Part shown: piece after piece, positions 10,193 through 18,637 of the stretch
Layout: every line of letters starts with the position of its first letter
How positions within the stretch are numbered: position 1 is the stretch's first letter
Source: Enterobacter phage EC151
Reading direction: 5' to 3' (one strand)
DNA length: 60,753 nucleotides
Sequence record: MW464860.1
Program-made: the position numbers and the translations under genes
Notes under the pieces: generated by a model
The model's database searches: none
What the model was told of the DNA's origin: nothing
Seen by the model: the letters and a program-made list of their open reading frames with translations, nothing else

Positions 10193-10419
10193 TGTTTCAC
10201 CAATTCAAACCATTCGTTGATACGAGTTTCCAAAATACCTTTAGCGCTGTCAACGCTACTGAATGAGTTCGTACCCTTAGGTAAGCCCGGTAACAAGCAT
10301 TTACCGTCTAGCTTTGATCCGTCGTGCATAGGAACAATGACAGCGACTTTAATCTGGTTTATGTACGCAAATATAGCATCGCGATATTTATATTTACCAG
10401 AACGCCACGTGATCTGCAT
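10189..10419 (-). CDS. hypothetical protein (76 aa)
   Basis: ORF with overlapping start/stop with the downstream gene. Confidence 0.4.
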   Translation of the reverse strand: MQITWRSGKYKYRDAIFAYINQIKVAVIVPMHDGSKLDGKCLLPGLPKGTNSFSSVDSAKGILETRINEWFELVKQ

Positions 10420-10432
10420 TTCTTAACTCCAA

Positions 10433-10453
10433 TAAAAAAGGCCCCGTAGGGCC
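10433..10453 (-). terminator. rho-independent terminator (minus strand)
   Basis: On the minus strand: GGCCC-TACG-GGGCC followed by TTTTTTATT, directly downstream of folE. Confidence 0.7.
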
Positions 10454-10475
10454 TAATTATATACTACATTTTTGC

Positions 10476-11159
10476 TCACTTACAGGCTTCAAGGAACTCT
10501 TTCCGCCACATCAAACCTTCAGTCGACCAAAGCTGCTGAACCCCGGAGTAACGACCCGCAGTTTCGCCGCGGAAGGCTTTTGTTACGGTGCTAGAACCGC
10601 ATGACTGCTTAACGCCGCGGGATTCCATACACATATGGCGAGCGTCGATGTATACGCAAACGGCCAGGGGGTTCAGGTTTTCCCAAATAGCATCAGCAAT
10701 TTGATTGGTCAGTCTTTCCTGTACCTGAAGTCGACGAGCAAAAGCATCAACAACACGAGATAACTTACTGAGACCAACAATCTTCCCATTGGGAACATAA
10801 CCAACAGTGGCGCGACCGATAATAGGTGCCATGTGATGCTCGCAATGAGAGTAAACCGGAATATCACGAACAATAACCAGCTCATTGGTACCTTCCGCGC
10901 CGTCTTCAAACACTTTAAACAGTTCGGAGATATCAACTTTATATCCGCCGAACCAGGTTTCGTAGGCTTTCGCGACACGATCAGGAGTCTCGATAAGGCC
11001 CGGGCGCAGAAGCATACCTTCAGAGCCGCCTTCAATAACATTCAGGATAGCGCTGATATGATAAGCGATTTCGTCACGTTGCGGGTGTTCGAAATCTGCT
11101 TCTGCTTTAATACCTTCGAGTTTTAACTGTTCCATTATTTGGTGTACTCCACGTGACAT
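10476..11159 (-). CDS. folE: GTP cyclohydrolase I
   Basis: Motifs ETPDRVAKA, VYSHCEHHMAPIIG and GLSKLSRVVD...QVQERLT closely match FolE. Confidence 0.9.
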   Translation of the reverse strand: MSRGVHQIMEQLKLEGIKAEADFEHPQRDEIAYHISAILNVIEGGSEGMLLRPGLIETPDRVAKAYETWFGGYKVDISELFKVFEDGAEGTNELVIVRDIPVYSHCEHHMAPIIGRATVGYVPNGKIVGLSKLSRVVDAFARRLQVQERLTNQIADAIWENLNPLAVCVYIDARHMCMESRGVKQSCGSSTVTKAFRGETAGRYSGVQQLWSTEGLMWRKEFLEACK

Positions 11160-11689
11160 TTCGATGTTTCTTCAATGCGGCAAGCAATCAGCTCAACACC
11201 GTAAGGGTCGAGCAGCTCTGGCCCGATAACATTGACCATATGAGCGGCCAGGTTTTCCGCCGTAGGGTTGAACGGCAGTGATACCAGCGAACCAAAATAA
11301 GCATCAGTATGCTCGCAAGGATCTTGTTCTCCAGTTGCAATTTCGTGATGAATACACTGGCGAACTTTTTTGAACAACGGATCATTTTCCCAATGCAGGA
11401 AACGGTGATCCCAATTGTTCTCAAGCCATTCGCAGAGCGTAGACTTAACAACACTGAAATCAATAACGCGACCCAGGTCGTCGAGCTTAGTGCGCTCAGG
11501 GCTTTCTAATTGCATAACAGCCGAAGAGCCTTCAGTGATCGGCACTGTTACAGCACGTTTTTCACGTTTCGGTGCGACTTCGAAGTGAAACACGTAATTG
11601 TGGCCATGCAGGTGACGACATTTGCTTTCGTGGCCTACTACACGGTGACCCGCGCAAATTTCATGAGTACGAATTACTTTTACTGACAT
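11135..11689 (-). CDS. queD: 6-carboxy-5,6,7,8-tetrahydropterin synthase
   Basis: CxxxHGH motif (CAGHRVVGHESKCRHLHGHNY) and IDFSVVK...DHRFL. There is a C-terminal extension of about 60 aa. Confidence 0.8.
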   Translation of the reverse strand: MSVKVIRTHEICAGHRVVGHESKCRHLHGHNYVFHFEVAPKREKRAVTVPITEGSSAVMQLESPERTKLDDLGRVIDFSVVKSTLCEWLENNWDHRFLHWENDPLFKKVRQCIHHEIATGEQDPCEHTDAYFGSLVSLPFNPTAENLAAHMVNVIGPELLDPYGVELIACRIEETSKCHVEYTK

Positions 11690-11730
11690 TGTTATTACCT
11701 CAGTTGAAGCCTTCCCTGGCTAGCCCATTA

Positions 11731-12216
11731 TTAGGCGACTGTTACGCCGTTCCGTTTACGGCCTTCGTAGATGACATATAGTACAGCCGACGCAAGGAAT
11801 TTGGAAACACTCATTGCAATGATCGAACCCCACGAAGCGAAGCCAATCATATGCAGGAAGATAAATGAATCCACCGGAACCGCAACCAACGAACTAATCA
11901 CGACACGTTGATGGAAAGGCTTTTTCGTGATCGTGAAGATAGTATAATCCAGTAGCTCGCTCACTGCAAATGAAGTCACAGATGCCACTACCACGACCGG
12001 ATCACCCAGGAACCAGCTTATAACGCAAGCCAACGCTATAGCCCACAGTACGTGGTGGCCAGCGCTACGCTGCGCATAGTCCCGCAGGACAAACACACAG
12101 CCCACGAAGAACGCCATAAGCGGCACAGGGCCTAACGGAGTGGCTACAATCGGCAGATAACTGAAGCCCAGGTTTACAAACACTACCATCAACAAATAAG
12201 CGACGATGTATTTCAT
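11731..12216 (-). CDS. small polytopic membrane protein, possibly YhhQ/QueT-like 7-deazaguanine precursor transporter (DUF165-like)
   Basis: 161 aa with 4-5 predicted TM helices inside the queuosine-precursor cluster. Loose similarity to YhhQ conserved segments. Shorter than canonical YhhQ. Confidence 0.4.
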   Translation of the reverse strand: MKYIVAYLLMVVFVNLGFSYLPIVATPLGPVPLMAFFVGCVFVLRDYAQRSAGHHVLWAIALACVISWFLGDPVVVVASVTSFAVSELLDYTIFTITKKPFHQRVVISSLVAVPVDSFIFLHMIGFASWGSIIAMSVSKFLASAVLYVIYEGRKRNGVTVA

Positions 12217-12413
12217 TTTAAATCACCTTTATCAAAAAGGCCTGGGCCTTTGATTTTATCTGAGCTAGATCGTTGAAATACTAATTGCACTTCAACGCCC
12301 TTGTAAGTAAAGATGTGATACCCTTCCGCGGAGAAGCATTTAGGTTCTTTCGAAAATATACTTACCCGATCTTCAATAAATTTAGGAAGGTTTTCCAGTT
12401 TCCTTTTCGGCAT
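12213..12413 (-). CDS. hypothetical small protein (66 aa)
   Basis: The ATG at 12413 has a strong AGGAGAAGG RBS. Its stop overlaps the downstream gene start (ATGA). Confidence 0.4.
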   Translation of the reverse strand: MPKRKLENLPKFIEDRVSIFSKEPKCFSAEGYHIFTYKGVEVQLVFQRSSSDKIKGPGLFDKGDLK

Positions 12414-13134
12414 TAACCTTCTCCTGATGTTGGAATAATGCACGTTCAACGGAGGACAGAATATCAATTAAGTCCTGTTCGTAGTCTTTGTGTCCGCGCT
12501 TGCCTGTAGCCAGAAGTTTCTTCAGGGCATGTTGCAACGCGCCAGACGTTACTTCAAAACAATCAATCACGTCGTAAACATCAATAAAAACTCCGGGCTT
12601 GATTTCGCGCTTATATTTGTCGTTAGCATAGAACGGGCCAACGTCAGGCTCTAAGCCAGCCTTATACAGTTCCGCTTGAGTGAGCGGGCCTTTGCTAAAG
12701 CATTGGCGTAACGCTTCATCAGCAGACATACATTCAGGAGCGTCCATTGCCAGCTCTTTAAAGTGATTAGTCTTATAATCAACAATATTATTAACAGGAG
12801 CAGGAGGTAGAACACCAACATGGCTGGACAGGCGCCAGCAATGGATGCCGTTTTCAGGATAAGTTTCAATCGACGACATCACATTATATTCGAGTTTGAC
12901 GTGTACATCGTTGATATTAACATCTGTGAAGATCTTCCCGTCGTTAGTTTGCACATCAAAGTGAAAACCTAAACGGTGCAGATAGTTTAAAGCATTGATA
13001 GAAGTGCGCTGACCGTTGAAGCCAGTATTGTGAATTGCTACCCAACCATCATCACCAACATTACCACGTAACTCAGGATAATACTGGAGCAATGTCAGTT
13101 CAGGTGCCATTACTTTGCGTTTGTTCGTTTGCAT
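12382..13134 (-). CDS. hypothetical protein (250 aa) in the 7-deazaguanine cluster
   Basis: Long ORF between queC and the membrane protein. No recognisable motifs: no P-loop, no SAM motif, no QueF motif. Confidence 0.5.
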   Translation of the reverse strand: MQTNKRKVMAPELTLLQYYPELRGNVGDDGWVAIHNTGFNGQRTSINALNYLHRLGFHFDVQTNDGKIFTDVNINDVHVKLEYNVMSSIETYPENGIHCWRLSSHVGVLPPAPVNNIVDYKTNHFKELAMDAPECMSADEALRQCFSKGPLTQAELYKAGLEPDVGPFYANDKYKREIKPGVFIDVYDVIDCFEVTSGALQHALKKLLATGKRGHKDYEQDLIDILSSVERALFQHQEKVNAEKETGKPS

Positions 13135-13169
13135 GTTAGCTCCTAGGCGCGTCCTTGCGCCACGATCGG

Positions 13170-13904
13170 TTAGAATTTAAAAGGGTTAGCTTCTACAAAG
13201 GCTTCGAAACCAGCCGCGCGGAGTTTACAAGCAGGGCACTCGCCGCAGCCATAGCCCCACACAAAGTTGGTATTGTGGTCACCATTGTAGCAGGTGTGAC
13301 TATCTTCTAACACAACCGTTAAGAAGTCAACTGCTTTCGCGAGTGCGAACGTTTCGGCTTTGTTTAACCACATTAACGGCGTAACAATGCGAATATCAGT
13401 TTGATAACCGATATTCAGCGACTTCGTTAAATGCTTAATAAACACGTCGCGGCAGTCAGGATAGCCGGAATAATCCGTTTCGCATACGCCAGTGATAAGC
13501 GTGTCCGCACCAACCTTCTGCGCATAGGCATGAGCGATAGTAAGAAATAGCGCGTTGCGGTTGGGCACAAAGGAGGCCGGGAGGTTAGCATTCTGAGCGT
13601 GGCGCTCGTTAACATCTTTTTGCTCGGACCCGCGGATCAGCGCACTATTACCAATCTGAGCCAGCGCAGGGATTTCAAACACGTCAAACGGTACGCCGTG
13701 TTCTGCGCAGATTTTAGCGGCGCAATGAATTTCAACTTCATGCTTCTGGCCATAGGAAAAGGCTACAGCGTGAACCTGGTCGAACTTGCGCAAAGCAAGC
13801 CCTAAGCAAGTCACGGAGTCCTGGCCGCCAGACAGGACAACAACGGCGGATTTACCTTCAGTTTCGCTAATTACCAGATCAACTTTCTCTTTAGATACGT
13901 TCAT
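13170..13904 (-). CDS. queC: 7-cyano-7-deazaguanine (preQ0) synthase
   Basis: PP-loop motif VVLSGGQDS. The C-terminal Zn-binding cysteines CYNGD...GCGECPACKLR match stand-alone QueC. Confidence 0.85.
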   Translation of the reverse strand: MNVSKEKVDLVISETEGKSAVVVLSGGQDSVTCLGLALRKFDQVHAVAFSYGQKHEVEIHCAAKICAEHGVPFDVFEIPALAQIGNSALIRGSEQKDVNERHAQNANLPASFVPNRNALFLTIAHAYAQKVGADTLITGVCETDYSGYPDCRDVFIKHLTKSLNIGYQTDIRIVTPLMWLNKAETFALAKAVDFLTVVLEDSHTCYNGDHNTNFVWGYGCGECPACKLRAAGFEAFVEANPFKF

Positions 13905-13905
13905 A

Positions 13906-14352
13906 TCAATACTCCATCAGTTTTTCGAGTGTTACTTCAACAACGGTGCCGGCTTTACAACTCCAGCGGAGGTACTTCTTATCAATCTTACGACCATGAA
14001 CCACGCCAAGCTGGTTCGCTTCGAACTCCAGCTCGCTGATCTTATTATGATGCCATAAAGCGTGTGGAGCATCACAGTACCAGCGAGTTACAACACCTTT
14101 ATTATTCTCCACTAAATAGTGAAGTAAAAGGGTTTCAGCAGACGTACCACTACCTTCATCAGCAACAACACCGAATAAGGTTGTGCGTTGCATACCGCGA
14201 CCTTCAGTAAGGTCTGGTGAGTGGTTAACTCTGAAGAAGGCCAAGTTCTTTTTCAGCTTACTATAATGAGCCTCCCACTCTTTGCAGTCTTGTTCAGATG
14301 TGAACTCACGCCCATCGTCAGAGATGAATACAGGCTGATTAACTTGTCTCAT
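13906..14352 (-). CDS. hypothetical protein (148 aa)
   Basis: ORF between queC and queE, translationally close to both (2-nt gaps). Confidence 0.5.
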   Translation of the reverse strand: MRQVNQPVFISDDGREFTSEQDCKEWEAHYSKLKKNLAFFRVNHSPDLTEGRGMQRTTLFGVVADEGSGTSAETLLLHYLVENNKGVVTRWYCDAPHALWHHNKISELEFEANQLGVVHGRKIDKKYLRWSCKAGTVVEVTLEKLMEY

Positions 14353-14354
14353 AG

Positions 14355-15056
14355 CTACTCCACATTGAGTAATTTATGTATCTGAAGCTGAACTGTATAG
14401 TTATGCTTCATTGCGCTCGCCAGGACCGCGGCAATGTTATCAGCATTGTAACCTGCGTCTTGCTCGTCCATCGGCTGTAGATATATCTTACCCTTAAATG
14501 ACTTAGGAGGTCTCGCGATAAATGGCGTGGCGCGGTGATCGAGGGCTTGCAACGGTAAGCCGTCCTCCGCGTGTACGCTATCCGCCTTCATCACATACTT
14601 AAAGGCATTGGCACGGTGCAGGGCGCTAGGATGCAATTTAGCGGTTTTAGGAGAACACACAACCGTGACCATTTGCGATAGCTCCAGCGGAATTTGCATA
14701 GAGCCATTAGTTTCGATTTGTACGTCGAAATCGTTTTGAATCAGGAAGTCTGCGAACGGTGCAATGTTTTGACGGAAAGGCTCGCCACCGGAAATGACAA
14801 TCAGATTAGCGTTGCTGCTAGTAGCCATTAAACGCTCTTCGATGTTTTGAAGAATGTCTGCGTAGTTTAAGCGAACACGATTAGCAGTGTATTCAGTATC
14901 ACAACCAGGACACTGGAGATTACAGCCAGCGAGGCGGACAAATACAGCAGGACGACCGCAGAAAGGGCCTTCACCTTGAATGGTACTAAAAATGGAATGA
15001 ACTTCGAGGGTAGATTGATAATCTTTCTTTTCAGGAATCTGAGTATTCAGCTTCAT
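14355..15056 (-). CDS. queE: 7-carboxy-7-deazaguanine synthase (radical SAM)
   Basis: Motifs IQGEG, GCNLQCPGCDTEY (the Cx3Cx2C-type cluster motif), ISGGEP and IETNGS. Confidence 0.85.
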   Translation of the reverse strand: MKLNTQIPEKKDYQSTLEVHSIFSTIQGEGPFCGRPAVFVRLAGCNLQCPGCDTEYTANRVRLNYADILQNIEERLMATSSNANLIVISGGEPFRQNIAPFADFLIQNDFDVQIETNGSMQIPLELSQMVTVVCSPKTAKLHPSALHRANAFKYVMKADSVHAEDGLPLQALDHRATPFIARPPKSFKGKIYLQPMDEQDAGYNADNIAAVLASAMKHNYTVQLQIHKLLNVE

Positions 15057-15100
15057 GGTTTTATCCCTGTTTCCTAGGCGGTAGGCCAGATTGTGGGTGG

Positions 15101-15189
15101 TGGCGGATAGTATCCGATTCGAACGGATGGAGCCTTGCGACTCGTCTGGTTAGCAACCAGGTGCCTTAGACCAACTCAGCCAACTATCC
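15101..15189 (-). tRNA. tRNA-Ser (anticodon GCU)
   Basis: Hand-folded from the minus strand: GGATAGT acceptor stem, anticodon loop TTGCTAA, long variable arm GACGAGTCGCAAGGCTC, T-loop GTTCGAATC and 3' GCCA. Total 89 nt. Confidence 0.8.
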
Positions 15190-15195
15190 TTTAGT

Positions 15196-15231
15196 GAAAA
15201 TAAAAGCGCCCGAAATGGGGCGCTTTTATTA
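15196..15231. terminator. bidirectional rho-independent terminator
   Basis: AAAATAAAA-GCGCCC-GAAAT-GGGCGC-TTTTATT, with A-run and T-run on both sides. It separates the upstream KA-rich protein gene from the tRNA. Confidence 0.75.
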
Positions 15232-15249
15232 TAGGCGATTACTGGGTGA

Positions 15250-16014
15250 TCAGTCCAGCAGTCCGGTAGGCAGCGGAACAGCAACACGACCTTCGATACC
15301 GTTGAATTTCTTCCAGCGCGCGTACTGGGTTTTAACGGTGTCATAGTTCAGGCCTTTCTGCTCAGCCGCCTGCAACAGAATACTGATCGGAACAGGCTGA
15401 CCGAGTTTAGCGGACAGTTGATCCATCAGCGCCCAGGCGTTACCGCAAGCGGTATCAGGACGAGGGCGAGTGATGTCGTTCTGTTTCGGCATTGCATTAG
15501 CTGCTTTCGCTTCTTCTTTCAGACGCTTCTGTTCAGCTTTTTCGGCTTCTTTCTGAGCGCGTTTCGCTTCAGAAACTTTGCCTTTCACGCCTTTCAGCGC
15601 TTCGTCCAGGCCAGTTACCAGACCTTCGGCAGTGGTTACAGCTACGGCCAGTTCACCCGGCTCTTTCACTTTCTTAACCTGCGCTTTGATCACTTTCAGT
15701 GATTCGCGAGCAGATTTCAGCGACGCGCCAGCTTGTTCACCAGCAGTGTTAACCTGCTCAACAGTGCTGTCAGCAACCAGGGAAGCCAGGGACGCTTTAC
15801 CAGCATCAACGTGGCCTTGCAGAGTAGTGAACTCAGCGGATACCGCAGCAGTCACTTCAGCCAGCTTGTTAGCATCGGCCTGAGCTTTTTGATCGGCTTT
15901 AGCCTGATCTTTCTGCTCTTTTTCCAGTTTCGCTTTTTCAGCAGCGTCTTTTTTCGCCTGAGCTGCTTTCGCTTTTTTCTCTTCAGGTGTCAGTTCAACT
16001 TTGTTATCTTCCAT
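15250..16014 (-). CDS. lysine/alanine-rich coiled-coil protein, putative DNA-binding (histone H1-like linker)
   Basis: The ATG at 16014 has GGAG 8 nt upstream. It has a long KA/E-rich region and a C-terminal domain ending TVKTQYARWKKFNG. It is paralogous to the ORF at 32852..33472. Confidence 0.5.
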   Translation of the reverse strand: MEDNKVELTPEEKKAKAAQAKKDAAEKAKLEKEQKDQAKADQKAQADANKLAEVTAAVSAEFTTLQGHVDAGKASLASLVADSTVEQVNTAGEQAGASLKSARESLKVIKAQVKKVKEPGELAVAVTTAEGLVTGLDEALKGVKGKVSEAKRAQKEAEKAEQKRLKEEAKAANAMPKQNDITRPRPDTACGNAWALMDQLSAKLGQPVPISILLQAAEQKGLNYDTVKTQYARWKKFNGIEGRVAVPLPTGLLD

Positions 16015-16136
16015 TTGATGCTCCACGTATTCGATTAAGGGGTTTGGGTTATACCACAAGACAGAACGAAACTTAACAGAGCTCTTTAGATCGTGCAACT
16101 ATTATTTTCGCATAATGTGGTTAAATAATTTGCCCA

Positions 16137-16619
16137 CTAACCTTCAAATGGCCTCTGAATAGCGCGTTTGAAGTCGATGGGCGGTTTGCTGGTTAAAAGT
16201 ATAGCCGCTTGCTCCGTATCAAAGTCAATGGTTAAATTATCCCATAATCCTTCGTCGTGCGAGGGCTCACGTTTTCCCTTTACAAATGAACAATATCCTT
16301 CGATATCCCATTTGATACAATACTCGGCTTGAGCACATACTTCAGAGACATCAATAATATTTTCTTTGCATTCGTTGATCAGGTGCATAAGCAAATATTC
16401 AAGATCTTCGCGGGTCCATTCATCCCGCGGTGCTTCAGCAGTAATAGCGATATACAACATAGTTAATTCGCTATCAACAAAGTCCTTGAACATACCAAAC
16501 TCAAAAGGAATAGTTTCCTGTGAGTCTGGGCAATTGATGATACCTAAGTTATAAAGCGCCATGCAATTAGGATGTTTAGCGACAAGGTCCATCTCGTCGC
16601 GGTTAATTAATACGAACAT
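16137..16619 (-). CDS. hypothetical protein (161 aa)
   Basis: The ATG at 16619 has AAGGTGG upstream, directly after the helicase stop. The longer track ORF overlaps the helicase. Confidence 0.45.
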   Translation of the reverse strand: MFVLINRDEMDLVAKHPNCMALYNLGIINCPDSQETIPFEFGMFKDFVDSELTMLYIAITAEAPRDEWTREDLEYLLMHLINECKENIIDVSEVCAQAEYCIKWDIEGYCSFVKGKREPSHDEGLWDNLTIDFDTEQAAILLTSKPPIDFKRAIQRPFEG

Positions 16620-16629
16620 ACACACCACC

Positions 16630-18636
16630 TTAGAAAGGTACGTCGAGATCTTCTTCGTCATGAGTTGACACTGCTGGAGTGAGCGGTGTAAACCCAGTGG
16701 TATTATAGTCGGTCTTAGCTTCATGGTTATCATCGTCATACGGGTTACCAGAAACGTGGGCCGTAGAACTCATAATATCACTTTTACCATAAACTTGAAT
16801 ACCGACATCTATATTTGCCGGGGTCAGTGTACCGAACATGCTCCCATCATAGCAACATTTAATAATTTCCGGATATTTGCGGTTCGTATGTACCCTGATA
16901 TGAGTTGGCACTTTCAAGGTAGAAACAATATCTAACGCATCGTCAATAGTAGCAGGTAACGGTAAATTGGTTCGGTTCTTCCACCAGGTATATGCGCGAC
17001 GACCTGCCCAATCCCCGTGCATCAGGCACACAAACTCAGAGAATGTCTTATGACCACAATAGTACGTCACCTTCAACGTAGGCGGTTTAGTATGATCGTT
17101 TCTGTTAACATTCTTCTGATAAATGATGTTCTCAACTGTAAAATCTTCAATGATTGGTAGCGTTTCCTTAATCAGCTTTTCGCTACTGGAAGCTACTTTC
17201 AACTTCTCTTTGAACTTAAACGGAGCGCCGCAACTGCCAGCAATACCCATAGCCTTATTACCGACAATTCGATAACCTTCCTTCTGAAGATCATATACTT
17301 GCTGATAAGTAAATCCGGTAATGTCGATATGCTCTTTACCTCCGCAGAATCGCCACGCAGGGTATTGACCATCAAGCCCACAAGCATCGCAGCTTTTATA
17401 AATACCAGCGCCGGCACCTTTCTCGCCAGGGCGACGCGGTTTCTGCGGGTCGTTGATAGGCCCTAAGCGTCGGGAGTTGCCGGAGAAATCCAACACTAAG
17501 CAATCGTGCTTCGTGCTCATTTCGATAGCCAGTAAACGCTGCTCGCGGTCGCTTATGTCGTACCCTGGCGCATAGTCCGGGCGTGTGCCGCGGCCCAGCA
17601 TTTGCACCCAAAGGACGGTGGACTGAGTAGGACGCAACATTATGATTAAGTCGATACCTGGATGGTCGAAACCCGTTGTCAGAACGTTGTTGTTAGTTAA
17701 TGCTCGCAACTTACCAGATTTAAAGTCCTCAATGGCTTTATCGCGTTCTGTGGATGATAGCTTGCTGTGAACTGCGGCGGTTGGTATGCCGTTTTCATTA
17801 AGCAGTGCCGCAACGTCTTTAGCATGTTCAACACCTGCGCAGAAGATAAGCCAGCTTTTACGATCCTGACCTACTTCCATTGCTTCAGCGATAGCGGCTT
17901 CGTTGGCTTCTGCTTTGTTGACAGCGGTTTGCAGCTCACCAGCTATAAAGTCACCGCCACGCTTTTTAACCCCGTTAACGTCCAGCTGGAAAGTAGTACG
18001 TTTCGGAACAACTGGCATCAAATAGCCTTCGTGAATAAACCAGTTGAAGAACTCCACAGAAGAGCCGTCGAATACAATGTGGTCAAACATCGCATCAATA
18101 CCAGCGTCTTCATCACCTTCCTGGCGCACAATAGAGCCAAAACCTAAACGGTAAGGAGTAGCAGTTAGCCCGATAACTTTTAGGTATGGGTTAATCTTTT
18201 TCAGGTCTTGAAAGAACTTCTTGTAGGCCGTCGCTTCGCTAGGGCTAATAAGATGGCATTCGTCGACCATAATAATATCAACTTTACCAAATAGCTCAGC
18301 TTTTTTAGCAACTGACTGGATACCTGCAAAGATAATTTGGTGAAGTGTATCTTTTCTTTTCAAGCCTGCGCTATAGATACCAGCTGGAGCCTCCGGCCAC
18401 AGCTTCATCATTTTATCGTGGTTCTGCGCGATAAGCTCCTTAACGTGGGTCAACAGCATAGCCTTTTGACCAGGGAACCATGTCAGGAGCAGTCGGAAGA
18501 ACTCCGCAATTACTAAACTTTTGCCCGTGCCAGTAGGCAGGACGATAACAGGGTCGCCCGACTCTGCTTTGTGCTTATCGAAATAACGAAAAACACTGTA
18601 GACAGCCTCAGTTTGATAGTCACGAAGTTTGAACAT
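16630..18636 (-). CDS. SF2 DEAH-box DNA helicase with C-terminal Zn-ribbon region
   Basis: Walker A LPTGTGKS, motif II DECH, motif VI QMLGRGTR. The C-terminal region contains CDACG...C. Confidence 0.8.
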   Translation of the reverse strand: MFKLRDYQTEAVYSVFRYFDKHKAESGDPVIVLPTGTGKSLVIAEFFRLLLTWFPGQKAMLLTHVKELIAQNHDKMMKLWPEAPAGIYSAGLKRKDTLHQIIFAGIQSVAKKAELFGKVDIIMVDECHLISPSEATAYKKFFQDLKKINPYLKVIGLTATPYRLGFGSIVRQEGDEDAGIDAMFDHIVFDGSSVEFFNWFIHEGYLMPVVPKRTTFQLDVNGVKKRGGDFIAGELQTAVNKAEANEAAIAEAMEVGQDRKSWLIFCAGVEHAKDVAALLNENGIPTAAVHSKLSSTERDKAIEDFKSGKLRALTNNNVLTTGFDHPGIDLIIMLRPTQSTVLWVQMLGRGTRPDYAPGYDISDREQRLLAIEMSTKHDCLVLDFSGNSRRLGPINDPQKPRRPGEKGAGAGIYKSCDACGLDGQYPAWRFCGGKEHIDITGFTYQQVYDLQKEGYRIVGNKAMGIAGSCGAPFKFKEKLKVASSSEKLIKETLPIIEDFTVENIIYQKNVNRNDHTKPPTLKVTYYCGHKTFSEFVCLMHGDWAGRRAYTWWKNRTNLPLPATIDDALDIVSTLKVPTHIRVHTNRKYPEIIKCCYDGSMFGTLTPANIDVGIQVYGKSDIMSSTAHVSGNPYDDDNHEAKTDYNTTGFTPLTPAVSTHDEEDLDVPF

Positions 18637-18637
18637 G

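Noticed and set aside
16630-16739. Extended N-terminus of ORF 16137..16739 overlapping the helicase gene by 110 nt
   Set aside because: An internal ATG at 16619 with an AAGGTGG RBS immediately after the helicase stop is the more plausible start.
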